A stretch of 64,000 nucleotides of DNA from a virus, in the IMG/VR virus record IMGVR_UViG_3300045988_132576, positions 62,908 to 126,907 of that record; one strand, given 5' to 3'. Position 1 is the stretch's first letter, and every line of letters begins with the position of its first letter. Shown one piece after another: positions 9,500 to 24,356 of this stretch. A program made the position numbers and the translations under genes. The notes below the pieces were generated by a model that was given only the letters and a program-made list of their open reading frames with translations, made no database searches and had not been told where the DNA came from.

Positions 9500-12400
9500 A
9501 TGGCTAAACAATTAAATAGTTATTAGGTTAATTTACAATTTACTACTGATGCTAAATCAGCTTAGAATCAAATTAGAGATTTGCAATTTTAGTTAGATAA
9601 TTTATTGAAGTCTTCAATAAATGAAGTTCAAACTCAAAAATTACCTATAACAAAAGAATTGACGGAAGCACAAATAGCCGCTTCTAAGTTATAGACTATT
9701 TTATCTCAAACGGTAAATATAAAAACTGGGAAAATGGATTTGACTAAGTTCTCTTAGTCTTTAAGATAGAGTAATTTAAACTTAGAAAAATTATAGAGTA
9801 ATTTAATGGAATTAGGACCAGAAGGCCAAAAGGCCTTTATGACTTTATCTCAATCTATTATTGAGGCTGACGTTCCATTAAAAAGAACAAGTGCTTTAGT
9901 ATCTGAAATGTGGACTGTTATGAAGAATACAGTTCGTTGGCAGATTTCTTCAAGTGCAATTCATAGTTTTATGGGAGCAGTTTAGACTGCTTATGGATAC
10001 GCTCAAGATTTAAATAAATCTTTAAATAATATCCGTATTGTTACAGGTTAGAGCTCTGATTAGATGGCTAAATTTGCTAAATAGGCAAATATCGCGGCCA
10101 GAACTTTAAGCACAACTACTACTGAATATACTGACGCTGCTTTAATTTATTATCAATAGGGTTTAAATGATGAATAGGTAAAAGAACGCACTGATATTAC
10201 TATTAAAATGGCAAATGTAGCTCGTGAAAGTGCTGAAATAGTTTCAGATCAGATGACTGCTGTTTGGAATAACTTTTATGATGGAAGTCAATCATTAGAG
10301 CATTACGCTGATGCGATGGTGCGCTTAGGTGTAGATACCGCATCTAGCTCTGACGAAATTGCTGGCGGTCTTGAAAAATTCGCCGCTGTCGCTGATACTA
10401 TTGGTTTAAGCTTTGATAACGCAGCTGCCGCGTTAGCTACTATTACTGCTACTACTCGTCAAAGTGAAGATGTCGTAGGTACAGCTTTAAAAACTATCTT
10501 TGCTCGTATTCAAGGCTTGAAGCTTGGCGAAACTTTAGAAGATGGTACTACATTAAATCAATACTCATAGGCTCTTGAAAAAGTTGGAATTAATATCAAA
10601 GATTCTAATGGTGAATTAAAAGATATGGATAACATCATCGAAGAAATGGGTAATAAATGGCAGAGTATTAATAAAGATTAGCAAGTGGCTTTAGCACAAT
10701 AGGTTGCGGGTGTCCGTCAATATACTCAATTAATTGCTTTGATGGACCATTTTGATTATTATAAAGAAAATCTTGCTAGAGCATAGAGTGCTGATGGATC
10801 TCTTCAAAAACAAGCTGATATTTATGCGGAATCTTGGGAAGCTGCTAGTAACAGAGTAAAAGCAGCTGCATAGAGCGTCTATGCTGAGCTGATTAATGAT
10901 AAATTTTTTATTACATTAAACGATTTATTAGCCGACGTTTTAGATAAAATAAATGATTTAATAGAAAGTATGGGTGGCTTACCAGGAGTAATTGCTGCTG
11001 TTGGAATTATATTTACCAAAGTTTTTAATAAGCAAATCGCTTAGGGATTAAGTAATGTTGGATTTGGTATATAGTCTTTGGTAGGATACACTAAACGCTC
11101 TGCTGAGTAGATGAAAGAAGAAGCTTATACTAGAGCATCTAATATGGCTTTTGATAATGTTACTGAAGCAGATGCTGTTTCTGGTGAACAATTAAAATAT
11201 ACTTTAGAATTAAAAAAAGAAATTTAGAAAATTTCTGGTGATATAACTTCACAAGAAAGAGAATAGTTAGAAAATTTAATTAAAATTAATTAGGCTTATG
11301 GAGATTAGGTTATTAAGGCGGCTTAGGCTAAAGACTAGGTAACTGAAGAGTTATAGAGCATTAATACTGATTTAAGATCAATTATAAGAAATGATTCTAA
11401 AAATGGTAGTATAGAAAATAATTTAAAAAGTTATTCACAAATAAGACAAAGTTTAAATGGTGTCGTAGATACAGGATACCAAGGAGCGGCTGCTTTAAAT
11501 ACCATTAATGAAAAAATTGGGATTTTAAAAAATAGATCTACCGAGCTTCATGCTGAGTTTGAAATATTAGCTAAAGCATTAGATTAGGTACATTTAACAG
11601 AATCCGCTAAAGCAGTGAGAAATTTATCAGCTCGTTTTGAAAATGGAGAATTAGATGTCAAAGCTTTTAGAGAAGAATTCGAAAAGTTAGAAAATGTAAA
11701 TGCGGGGGATTTATTATCTGATACTGCGATTGAAATAAGTGCTCGAGTACAATTTTTAAAAGAATAGTTTGGAATAACTGGTAAAGCTGCTAAAGAATTT
11801 GACGATTTGGCTGAAGCTTTAGGAAATACTCTATTAAAATTAAAAGAAAAAATTGAAATTGTAAAAAAAGGTCACGAAGGATTACGTAATTAGTTTGTCG
11901 AGATAAAAAGTGCTATTAGCGGATATCAAAGTGCTTTAAATGATTTTGGTAAATCAATTACTTAGAGTTTTACAGCCCTTTCTTCTTTATCAATGGGGTT
12001 AATGTCTTTAAAAGGAGCTATTGATACCTTACAAGATGAAGATATGAGTATTGGAGATAAACTATTATCTATTACTATGTCTTTAAGTATGGCTTTAGTT
12101 TCTTTAACTTCTGCTGTAAATCAATTTAAACAAGCAGAATTAAAGAAAACTGCTGCTCAATTAAAATCAACAGCATAGACATTACTTGAAACTATTGCTA
12201 TAAATGCTAATACTGCAGCGGGAAAAGGCAAAATAGTTATTACTAAAGAGATGACTTTAGCAGAGATTTAGGCTGCTCTTGCGTCAACAAAATTTGCTAA
12301 TAGTTTATTAATTTAGACGGCAGCTTTATTAGCAGCAAAAATGGGTATAAGTTTAGTTGCCGCAACTGCGCTTATTGCGGCTGGAGCTTTTATTGCTTTA

Positions 12401-15400
12401 GCGGGAGCTGTAACTTTAATTGCTATTGGATTTAAAAAAATGCAGGAAAGCACTCCAGAAGCAAAATTAAAAAAGTTAGAAGAGAATGCAAAAGCGAGTT
12501 CTGAAGCTTTTGATAAATTAAATAATAATATTGATGAAACTAACTCAGCATTAGAAAAATTATAGTCTTATAAAGATACAATTGGTGATTTAGTTCCTGG
12601 CACAATTGAATGGTATAAAGCCATTTCTGATGTTAATGCTGAAATTACTAAATTATTAGAGAAATATCCTGAGTTATCTAAATACGTCAGCATTGATGAA
12701 AATGGAGCTATGGATATTAGTGATGAAGGGCGAAAATATTTAGGAGAATCTCAAAAAGAAAATCTTAAAATTTTTACTGCGACAAAAATAAGAGACTAGA
12801 TTGCGGTAAATGATTAGCAAATTACTAATAGTTATAATCAATTTAAAGATAGTGATTAGGGTATTTAGAATATTATTGATTTAGTGTCAAGTAAAAGTAT
12901 TCTTACTAAAGCAGGTATAAGTGAAATGATTTAGAATGCTGCTGATAATCCTAACTTTGGTAATATGTTATATACTAAAGAAGGAGCAAGAGAGTTATTA
13001 ACTGCTATAGTAGATGCCACTGGAACTAGTATTGGAGCTATTAGTGATGAGACTGCTGAAGCTTTTTATCAATTTATTTTAGAAAATAAAGATTAGATAA
13101 TTAAAAATTCTTCTTTAAAAGAATAGGGAAAATTATTATATAATAATTTATTGGAAGCGGAATTTTCAGCTCTTGGAAGTGATAGGACTGCTGATGAAAT
13201 AAATGACTTATTTAATGGAGAAGATATTTATAGTCAAACTGTTGCAGATTAGAAATCTAAATTATAGAAAGATTTTAAATGGAATAAACATATAAATTAT
13301 AGTGGTAATGAGCAAGAAATTCAAGATTATATTTAGTTACTTAAATAGCAAGGATATGAAGATGTATCTTATGTTGCTTAGCGTAATGGTAATATGATTT
13401 TGAAAGTCGATGATGAAGAATTAAAAGTTAGTGCAGATCAATTTTATAGTTAGTTAGCAGAAGCTTATTCTTCTCCTGAAGTAGCTGAAAAATTTACTAC
13501 AGCTTTATAGAATACTTTGCAGAAATCTTTAAACGGTATAGATTTAAGTAATTTAGATTTAAATCAATTAAATTATTTAGATAGTTTTTAGAGAAGCTTA
13601 CAAGAATCTTTTGGTGATACAGAATTAGGTACTAAGTATTTTAATAAAATCGTTAAAGCCTATGGTACTTCTGAAGAAGATTTATAGAATTTTAGTGAAA
13701 GTATTAAATATATAGACAAACAAAGCGAAGCTTATCAAAGATTAGTATAGCAATTAGCTAATGGATAGGTAACCATTGATGAATTTAAAGATGGTCTTAA
13801 AGAGTTAAATGCTATCGGAGAATTAAATAGTATGTCTGATTTCTTTACTAATGCCGGTAAAGAAATGGGACTAAGTGATGATGAAGTTTAGTCTATGAAA
13901 GATTATGCTTCTTATATTCTTGAAGTATCTAAAAATTCATCAGAATTTGATGATAGTGTTTCTTAGAATGCTAACGCAGCTGCCCGTTTAGCAGTTTAGA
14001 TTACTCGAATGAATAAAGGAGTAGAAACTTTATCAGGTAATTTTGAAACTTGGAATGATATTTTAAAGAATAGTACTAAGGGCAGTCAAGAATATTTTAA
14101 TGCTTTAACTAAAACCCGTTCTGCTTTATCTGATGTCCTTGATGTTGAAGAAGAGTTTATTTCAGATGATTTTGTTACTAGCCATTTAGATGAAATTGCT
14201 AAAGCAGCTAAAGGCGATGAAAAAGCTATTGATTCTTTAAGAAATTCAATGGATGAAGAGATTATTGCTAGAATCACTTTAGGACAAGATGAAGAATTTA
14301 CTGCTTAGATAAATTCTTTAGACTAGAAAGTTAAAGATGCTTGCTCTAAACTTGATCCGACCATTGAGATTGGAGCAAAAGTTGATGATGCTGATTTCTT
14401 AGAAGCAGCTAATAACTTAGTTAAGGAATCTTAGATGACTGCAGATGAAGCTAATGCTTATTTTGCAGGAATTGGCTATGAACCAGTCTATAACGCAGAA
14501 GATATTGATACCTCTGCGGAAATGCCAAATGCTGAAACTATTACTCGCGTAGTAGATATTAAGGCTGACAATCCTAAAACTTTTGATCTTGGATTCTTAG
14601 GTAAACATACTATTAATTTACCTTCAATTTCAACAATAACAGAAACAAAAGCTGAGGAACCTACAAAATCTCCTGGCGGTATGCGTTTAGTATCTTTTAG
14701 CGGCGGAAAAACTCCTCCTAAAATTTAGGGATTTCATCGAAAAGCTACCGGCAGTTCGAACAATCATTCTTCTACTAATTCTGGAGGGTCAGGAGGAGGA
14801 AGCAAATCAAGTGGTGGTTCTTCTTCTTCTAAGCCTTCTAAAATTGATAAATCTAAAAAATCTGATGTCGTTGATAGATATAAAGAAATAACTGATAGCA
14901 TCAATGATACTACTCGTGCTTTAGATAAAGCTAATAAATCTGCCGATAGGCTTTGGGGCAAAGCTCATCTTGATGCAATGGCTAAAAGTAATAAATTAAC
15001 TCTTAAGGAAGTTGATTTATTAAAACAAAAGCAAAAAGAAGCTTAGGCTTATTTAAAGACAGATAAAGCTACTTTATAGCAAGCTGCGAAAAAAGCTGGA
15101 ATTACTTTCACATTTGATGAAGATGGTGATATTTCTAATTATACTGATTAGATGACTAAACTTTATAATTAGCTTGTAGCCGCTTAGGATAAAGCAAATT
15201 CTTTTTCTACAAAAGACGCTCAAGATGCTTATAAAGAAGCAACTTTAGATCCGATTCAAAAGAAAATTGATGAGTTAAAAGACGCCATTAGTCAATATGA
15301 AGATACAAGAGATTTAGTCGAAGAATTAACTGATAATATTCAAGATAAAATAAATGAGTGGCAAGATAAAAATTATCAAATGCTTACTTATGAAGTTGAA

Positions 15401-17758
15401 GTAAAAGTCCAATTAGATGAAAATGATACTAAGAAATTAGAATATTATTTTGATAAATTAAGTGATAATATTTATAAAGCTGCTGAAGCTCTTGGATATT
15501 TACAAGGTCAATTTGATCCAGTAATTAGTCAGTTAGGAACTTACGAAAATTTCTATGGTCAGTTAAATAATGCTTATTCTAATGGAGAAATTTCTCAAGA
15601 AAATTATATTGAAGGCTTACAAGATGTATATGATAATACATTAGATAATTTAAATGCTTTATAGGATTTAGATAAAGAAATGCTTGAATATTATGGTAAT
15701 ACTATAGATTTAGCAAATGATGAATTATCTAAATATACAGATCATATGGAGCATTTGACTAGTGTATTGGATCATTATCGTTCTATTATTACTTTGTTAG
15801 GTAAAGATAAAGATTATGATAAAGTTTTATCAGTTTTAAATGGAACTGCTTAGACTAAGAAAAATAATTTTGATGCTTCTAAACAATGGTATGAAAGTTT
15901 GAAACGTGAACGTGATGCAGCGGCCGCGGCTTTAGCCAGTTCAACTGATGAGGCTGAGCGTGAAGTGCTTCAAAAGAATTATGATGCTATATTAGCCGCG
16001 TTCGATGAAGCGGAAGAGGATATGCTTTCTAAAGCGGAAGAATATGGTGAAGCATTAAAAGAAATTCTTACTACAAAGATGGAACAAGCTGCGGATGAAA
16101 TGAATAAGCAATTGAGCACTACTAAAGTGAGTATTAATGGTAATAACTTTAATATTTCTGGTTGGGATGCTTTAAATGATGCTTTGGATAGAATGTCTTC
16201 TTATCAAGATGAATATTTAACAAAGACTAATTAGATTTATGAAATGAATAAACTACTTAATAATGTTAATTAGGCTATTGATAAGACAAATAATCAAGCA
16301 GCTAAAAATAGATACCAGCAATTTACTAAAGAAATTGAGTAGTTAAGAGATAAAGATAAATTAAGTCAATTAGAATTAGAAATTGCTTAGGCTAAATATA
16401 AAGTGCTTGAAGCACAAATTGCATTAGAGGAAGCTCAAAACGCAAAGTCTACAGTTAGACTGCAACGTGATAATGAGGGTAATTTTGGTTATGTGTATAC
16501 CGCAGACCAAGAGAAAGTAAATGACGCGCAATAGGCTTTGGCAGACGCGGAAAATGACTTATATAATATTCGCCTTGATGCGACAAATAAATATGGTCAA
16601 CAAAAACTTCAATATGAGAAAGAGTTGGCTGAAAAGCTTGCGGAACTTGATTAGAAAGCCGCGGAAGATGCCGTTTACCGCGAGACTACATATCAGCAAG
16701 AACGCGCATTAGTAATTCAACAATATACTGATTTAATTACTACTGCTGGAAATCTTTATGCGAAAGCGCAAGAAGAAGACAGTAGAGTAGTTCAAGATGC
16801 TTGGGTAAATTCTTTTGATATTATCAAAGATAACAGTAATAGTTGGAAAGACACTATTACTGAAAATACTAATATTATCAATGATACATTTAAAGAATGG
16901 CAAGATAGTATGGATGAAATTAGTAAAATTGTTGGGGATGATTTAAAAGACACTCAATAGAAAGTTAAAGATGTTACTGATGAAAGTAATAAACTTTATC
17001 AAGAAGTATCTAATAGAGTTATTCCTGCTCTTGAAAACGAGTTAAGTTCCGTTCGTAGTGCTACTGAAGCTTGGGCACAACATCGTCAGCAATTACTTGA
17101 TACTATTAGAGCTTATGAAGAGCTTTTGAACGCTATTCAAGCAACATTGCGCGCTTAGAGCGGATTTGGTAGTGGAAGTAGTAATTCTTTAACAAGAGTT
17201 GATTGGTCTGAAAAAATGGGTCAAGTTGAATATGGTTCTGACAAATATAATGAATATTATTAGAATCGTGAAGACGTTATTAGGGGAGGATATGACGTTG
17301 AAGCTGCTACTACCGCCCGTGTTGATGCTTTTTATCGTAAAGGATTAGCATTGCCGATTAGTTATAATGGAAAAACTTATAGTCATTTTACTGATATTCC
17401 TGATAATGTTTGGAAACAATTAGTTGGATTTAGAAGTGGTGGTTATACTGGCACTTGGAATGATGATGGAAAATTAGCGTTCTTACATTAGAAAGAATTA
17501 GTTCTTAATGCTGATGACACGGAAAATATGTTAGCTTCTATTCAATTAGTTAGATAGATCGCAAAACAATTAGACTTCAATAGTCAACAAATCTCTACTC
17601 TTTCTTCTTCTGGATTTACTGTTAATTCTCAAGATGGAACATTAGAGCAGAATGTTAGAATTGAAGCTAGTTTCCCGAACGCTACTGATAGATACGAAAT
17701 TCAAGAAGCATTTAATACATTAGTTAATGTAGCTTCTTAGTATGCCAATAGAAAATAA
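9500..17758 (+). CDS. tail tape measure protein, 2752 aa, many tens of in-frame TAG
   Basis: Seven track ORFs (10208, 11993, 12341, 14009, 14435, 15380, 15899) all lie in frame 2. The gaps between them contain only TAG, never TAA or TGA. The product is coiled-coil rich with a Gly/Ser linker and a typical C-terminus (…GGYTGTWNDDGKLAFLH…). Confidence 0.8.
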
Positions 17759-17762
17759 AATT

Positions 17763-17800
17763 AAGGGTGAAGTCTTATAGGCTTCACCCTTTTTCTTTTT
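17763..17800 (+). terminator. rho-independent terminator
   Basis: AAGGGTGAAG…CTTCACCCTT followed by TTTTCTTTTT. Confidence 0.7.
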
Positions 17801-17873
17801 GGGTAATTATATTGAATAAAACTAATTAATTTTTTAGAAAATTATAGAGTAATGAGTAAAAGGAGGGATTATT

Positions 17874-20800
17874 TTGGCTGATAAGGCACTAAATATTCAA
17901 GAAAGTTTATGTCAAGCAATGAGTATTATTGCTAATTCAAGTGTTGATAAAGTTAAATTTGATAGTACCATTGAATGTACCATTATTGATGCAACTGATA
18001 AACTTATTGGTAAGTATAAGGTTAAAAATGAATCTTATGCGGAATTTTATGCTTATTCCCAAATAACCACTTATAATAAAGGCGATAAAGTCTATGTATA
18101 GATCCCAAAAGGAGATTATAATAGCACTAAATTTATTGTCGGTAAAAAGACAGATAAAAATGAAGATAAGCCATATAATTTTGTCAATCCTTTTAATACT
18201 TTTATTGATTTAACTGGTAATTTCTTTATTGCCAAAGATAATAATAAAGAAGTTTGGAGTATCTTAGCTAATGGCAATGAAGAGGAAATTGAGATTACCC
18301 CAAATGGCGGAATTACTTTTACTGATGAGCAATAGGGATTTACGCGGTTAGGGCTGCGTGCCGATTTCCGCGCCTGGCTTGAAACGCTCGGCGTAGTAAG
18401 TGGTAATTATGGATTAAAATTAAATATATATGGTATTAAAGATGATACTGCGGATAATATTAAAAAAATAGAAAATAGTATTAAAAATAATGGAGAAATC
18501 CCTTTAATTGCATCTATTGATTTAGATACTAATGATATGTATGGCAATCCTTATAATTTTGAAGGATACTATTCTCAAGAAATTGTTATTGATACTAGCG
18601 CAGTAGCTAAAATATATAATATAAAAATATTTTTATATCAAAAAGGTAATTTTAAAGATAGTAATAATAATTTAATTAGTTATGCCAATGATTTTAATAT
18701 GTCAATTCCGCCTAATAATATCTTTGTAAAAGATATATATATGGGATTAGGTATTTCCGCGGACGAAATTGAAAATGAATATGTAAGATTATATTCATTA
18801 GATGGAAGTACTTACGTAATTGATGATAAAGGTTAGATTGATTCTAAAATTATTAGATTAAAATGGGTTCATTTTGATGAAGATGGCAATAGAACTCAAA
18901 TAACCGAGCATAAAAAAGATGATACTTTTGAAGTCCGTTGGTATAGGTATGAATTTGGAGCGCCGTCCGCAGACGAATATTCTGGTGTCTATTGGACTGC
19001 GATTGAAGATAATAAAAATAATTTTTATTATTAGCTAAAACCGCGCTCTAATAAAAATCAAGAATAGGTTAAAGTAATTATTTTATATAATGGAAAAGTT
19101 TATAGAAGTAATATAATTACTTTTAATAATGAAAAACAAGTTCCTAATGATGCGACTATTGATAGTTTAAATGCTTTGTCTATTCACTGTGGAGATTAGA
19201 CTAACGGTAATTATTTAATTTATAATTAGGCTAATTATTTGATGAATAGATCAGATGGAAAGATTAGTCGTAAATTAACTTTACATTTTGATTCTAAGAC
19301 TTATGCTATTAATAATGGTATAATTGGTAAAAATTAGGATGGAGAAAGTAAATTAGTTGAAGCTTAGAGAGTAATTTGGCAAATTCCTATTAAAAATACT
19401 ATGCTTAATTTTGGTGTTAAAGATGATGAAACTGATGCTACTTATAAAGAAATTATTATTGATTTAACTAATGAAAACGTCAATGTTTCTCCTGGAGAAT
19501 TTTCTTTAAATTATACTATTAATACTTTTTATAGTAGTAATAAATCTAATAATACCGTAATTGCCAAGGTGGAAAAAGATGGTATTGTTTATACCGCCAT
19601 TAAAGATTTCACTTTTGGATAGGCAGGAACTAATGGTACTGACTGTACTTTAGTAATTGATATGATAGCTCACGAGAATTTAAATAATAAAGTATTTACT
19701 GCTATAAAAAGTGGTGTAAGAGATAATTATACTTTTAGAGCTTAGCTATATGATAATGAAGGTAAGGAAATTACTGATTTTAAAAAATGTAATTGGACTT
19801 GGAGCTTTATGTCTGGATCAACGGTTAATAATGTTGATTTATAGAATACTAATAATTAGAATTGCGTGTTAAGAGTTAATACCACAAATTCTATAATGAA
19901 TAATTTAATTATTTTATAGGTAAAGTTATCTGGGTGGGGAGATTATGATTTAACTGCTTATTATCCAGTTCCTATTACGATTTTAGATAATGCTTATATA
20001 AATGGTCCAACAGAGGTAATTTATTTAAGTAATGGTGAACCTACATTTTCTAAAGAGCCTTATAAATTATTTATAGATGGCGAAGTAGATGAAACTGCGG
20101 CTTGGAGTATTTATCCCACTGGATCTACCGATAAATTTATTGGATAGATTAAATATAATGATAAGAAAAAAGAATATAGATTAAGTCCTATGAACTTTTA
20201 TGTTGATGGAGTAAGCACTTATGGAGTTCAAGGAAAATAGGGAAGCAAGATAGTTTGGAGTCAACCTATTTTAGTCATTTAGAATAAATATCCATCAGCA
20301 ATGGTAAATAAGTGGGACGGATAGTTAAATATAGATAGTGATAATAATTTTATTGGTGTTGCTCAGATCGCGGCTGGTAAAAAAGAAAATAATAATACAT
20401 TTACTGGTGTCTTAATGGGATCTTTTGGTGATAATAAATCAGATAGTAGTCTTAGTAAAAATACTGGTGTTTATGGATATTACCAAGGTAAATAGGTTTA
20501 TGCTTTAAAAGATGATGGTACTGCGACATTTGGTAAATCTGGAAATGGTTAGATTGAAATTAAAGGCGATTCTGGGAAAATAAAATCCGCTGGTTATGAT
20601 AGCGGTAATGGTCTTTTAATTGATTTAAAAGAAAGTAAAATAGATGGTAAAAGTAATAATTATAGTGCTTTTTTATTAAATAAATCTAGTCCATATTTAA
20701 CAATTAAAGACCCTGTTAGTAATACTACTTTAATGAATGTAGGAGATAATAGTTATTATTTAAAGTCTAAAAATTATACTACAGATGGAACTACAGGAAT

Positions 20801-21272
20801 GTATATAAATTTAAATGATGGTTCTATTACTGCCAATACTGGTACATTTAAAGGCGACATTATAATTAATTATACCGGTAGCACGGGTGATGAATGGACT
20901 TATGGCGATCGAAGTTTAAGTTATATTTTAAATTAGATTGGAAAAGCCGCCAAAGAAGCTAGTGATTTGGCAACGGCTTCTATCACATGGACTCAAGATA
21001 TAGCTAATGCTTAGGCAAGGGCGGACGACGCTATTAGCCAATTAGCATATGTAAGCCAAATCCTTAATTATAAATAGGGGTCAGGAAATGTTTATTTACA
21101 TTATTGGAATAATGAAGAAGGCGCTAAATTTATTGTTTAGGGAAATGGAACAGTTGGTATGATGGGCGGTTCAGGATATTATTTAAATGTAACTAATAAC
21201 TCTATTTATTTAGACGGCCCTGTTGTAATAAATGGTTCATTAACTCTTAATGGACGAGACATAACAGGTTAA
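17874..21272 (+). CDS. large tail protein (distal-tail / tail-associated, 1132 aa, TTG start, about 30 TAG)
   Basis: Track ORFs 17874, 18537, 19401 and 20733 are all in frame 0 and joined only by TAG. Leader GAGTAAAAGGAGGG. Confidence 0.6.
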
Positions 21273-21298
21273 ATATAATAAGAAGGAGAAAAAGGAAA

Positions 21299-21475
21299 AT
21301 GAATGAGCGAGATATTAATTTTTTAAAAGTTTTATATAATACTCTTTCTTTAGTGACAACTAAAGGAGAAGATACTATTCTTATGGGAGAATGTTTAAAA
21401 CAATTAAGAGATTTTACAAATAGATTAGTAAGTCTTCAAGAGGAGAAGAATAACGAAAATAATTAGGAGGGATAA
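21299..21475 (+). CDS. small hypothetical protein (58 aa)
   Basis: RBS AAGGAGAAAAAGG. One internal TAG; TAA stop. Confidence 0.35.
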
Positions 21476-21476
21476 A

Positions 21477-24356
21477 ATGGTTAATAAATTATATCCACCT
21501 ATTATACCTGGAACTTTACCAGCATTTGTTGGATAGGAAATTACTATTCCATTTCAAATGAATCGTGCAGTTAGTATGGTAGAAGTTTCAGGATTATGTT
21601 ATATAATTAAAACAGTGTCAAGCAATGTCGTAATTGCTTAGGGGACAACCGCGGATTTTACTCCAAGCAAAGTCCGCGGTTGTTTGGAACAAGGGTCTAT
21701 TACTTTCAATATAAATCTTAAATCAATTACTAATAGCGGAAAACCTATCCAATATAAATTAAATCCAGGATAGTCTTACAAAGTTCAGTTAGCATATATT
21801 AATACTAATGGAGTAGTTGGATATTATTCTACGGTTGGTATTGCTAAATGCACGACTAAGCCCGCAGTTTATATAAAAGGTTTTGAAGATAATTTAGTAG
21901 GAATAAATAAAACAAATTTTATTGGAGTATATAGTCAAAAAGAAAAAAATGATGATATTACTGAAAAAGTTTATTCATATAGATTTAAAGTATATGATGA
22001 AAATGGTAATATTTTTGCTGATAGCGGAGAGCAATTACATAATTCAATTAATGATACAGAATTAAATGAAAGTTATGATAGTTTTGAATTAAATAAAGAA
22101 TTACAAAAGAATAAAAATTATTTTATTCAATATTCTATAACCACTATTAATAACTATGAAGCAGAAAGTATTCGTTATCAAATTATTAATAGAGAAACTA
22201 TTAACCCAGAATTACAAGCAACTCTTTCTGCGATTATGGATGAAAATAATGGATATGTAAAAATTAATTTAAACGGAATTCGTGATAAAAAGACAGGATT
22301 AGAAATTCCCGCGACAGGAGCTTTTGCTTTATTAAGAGCCAGTAGCGAAGATGATTTTAATACTTGGAATACAATATTAAAGTTTAAATTAATTGGTGAA
22401 ACTCCTTCAAGAGAATTGTATAAAGATTTTACTGTTGAGCATGGATTTAGTTATCAATATGCGGTGTAGCAATATAGCGATGAAACCGCTATCCGCAGTA
22501 ATAAAATTTTTTCTAATACGATATATAGTATTTTTGAAGATAGTTTTTTATACAGTAATGGGCAGTTATTAAAAATAAGATTTAATCCAAAAGTAAGTAG
22601 TTTTAAAATCAATACTCTTGAAAGTAAAACTGATACTATTGGAAGTCAATATCCTTATATTTTTAGAAATGGAAATACTTATTATCACGAATTTCCTATA
22701 AGTGGTTTAATTTCTTACCTTATGGATGAAGATCATTTATTTATGGACAAATTGGGCGATGATGAAATTAAAGATTTTACATCAACTGATTTGACTGATT
22801 ATAATATTAATATAGAACGTCAATTTAAAACTAAGGCTTTAGAGTTTTTAACTGATGGAGAACCTAAATTATTTAAATCTCCAACAGAAGGAAATTTCAT
22901 TGTACGTTTATTGAATGTGAGTTTAAGTCCAGAAGATAAATTAGGTCGTATGCTTCACACATTTAGTGGAACCGCATATGAAATTGATAAAGTTAGTTTT
23001 GATAATCTTACTACTTATGGATTTATTGATGCGGACCCGCCTGAAAGTGAAATTCTTAAATGGGATAGTGTATCTTTTGATGGATGGTATAAAATTAATG
23101 GCTATATTGATGATGTAAATACTTATATTGATAATTTAAAAAATGAAAATTTAACTTAGGCAGAAATTAAGAAATTACAAGCGAATAAACAAACTTGTTT
23201 AGACAATTTATTACAAACATTAAGTTTTTATCCTATGTTTGAGTTACTTTATAATGGAGATCATTATAGTTTATAGACTAAAGATATCTTGGCTAATTCT
23301 CCTGCGATAACTATTCGATTTGAAGGTTTTGCTCCTGGAGATAAATTTAATGTTGATGGAGAAGAAATTGTTATTGGTATTACAGGAGCTTATTTAATAG
23401 ATCATGTAGCTCCTATTCATAGTGTAAAAATAATTGAATTATCCGACATAGGATTACAGCAAGGAACTATTGTATATTCTTATTATGGTAAACAAGCAAG
23501 TAAATTTGATACCGTTAGTGATATTCAAGTTGCTGATTTACCTTTAGAACAATATTATGGTACTGAAGGTAATATTTTAAATCTTTATAATGATAATTTC
23601 AAATATAAAATCACAAAAATTTATTTCTTACGTTTTACGAAACGCGAAGTATAGAAACTATATACTAATAATAGAATTAATTTTTATATAGCTCCTGATA
23701 GGGCATTGGAAGATAATAATTATACCATGGAGATTAAGCGCGAAGATTTTGATCCAACCTTAATTTATCATGTGTATGTAGTTAAAGAAAATGAAGAAAG
23801 AGATTATTATATTGATGGTTATACTAAAAAGGAAATTTATGATTCAGGTATTTTAGTAGATGAGAAAAACTGGGCATGTAATATTAGAATAAATGAAGAT
23901 AATAAATAGATTATTGGTATAGACCATAAAAATGAATATCAAATAAAAGATTTGACTGATATTACTTCTATTGAAATTGATCCTGGCGTTTTATGTGAAT
24001 TATCAGTACAACGTCAAGAAATAGTTTATTCTTTTGAAAATGATAATCAAACTACTTATAGAATTTTTAATGGTTAGACTTATACTACAACAACTATTTA
24101 TCAATTAAAGCAAAATTGGTTAAGAGCTAAAAAGGCTTTAAAAGATTTTAAAGAATTAGAACAAGATAAAAGCAATCCTGATTTTTCTAATGATGATCCA
24201 TTTTATAATGTAAATCAAAGTAATATTCAGGATTGTATAAAAAAATACAATAGAAGAGTAGTAGAATTACAAAAGACTATAGATGAAACTTATACTTTAT
24301 TTATTGATACTTTAAGAAAGGCGGTAGAGGAGTATGAAAACTCAAAGACAATATGA
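21477..24356 (+). CDS. baseplate/tail structural protein (959 aa, recoded)
   Basis: Track ORFs 22236, 22722, 23289 and 23706 are all in frame 0. The TGA stop overlaps the next gene's ATG. Confidence 0.6.

Noticed and set aside
16521-16712. Track ORF in frame 0 inside the tape measure
   Set aside because: The tape-measure gene is continuous in frame 2 across this position, so this ORF is out of frame.
9500-17758. Repetitive coiled-coil DNA in the tape measure as a possible CRISPR array or tandem repeats
   Set aside because: There are no regular short direct repeats with unique spacers. The periodicity is protein-level (heptads) within one open frame.
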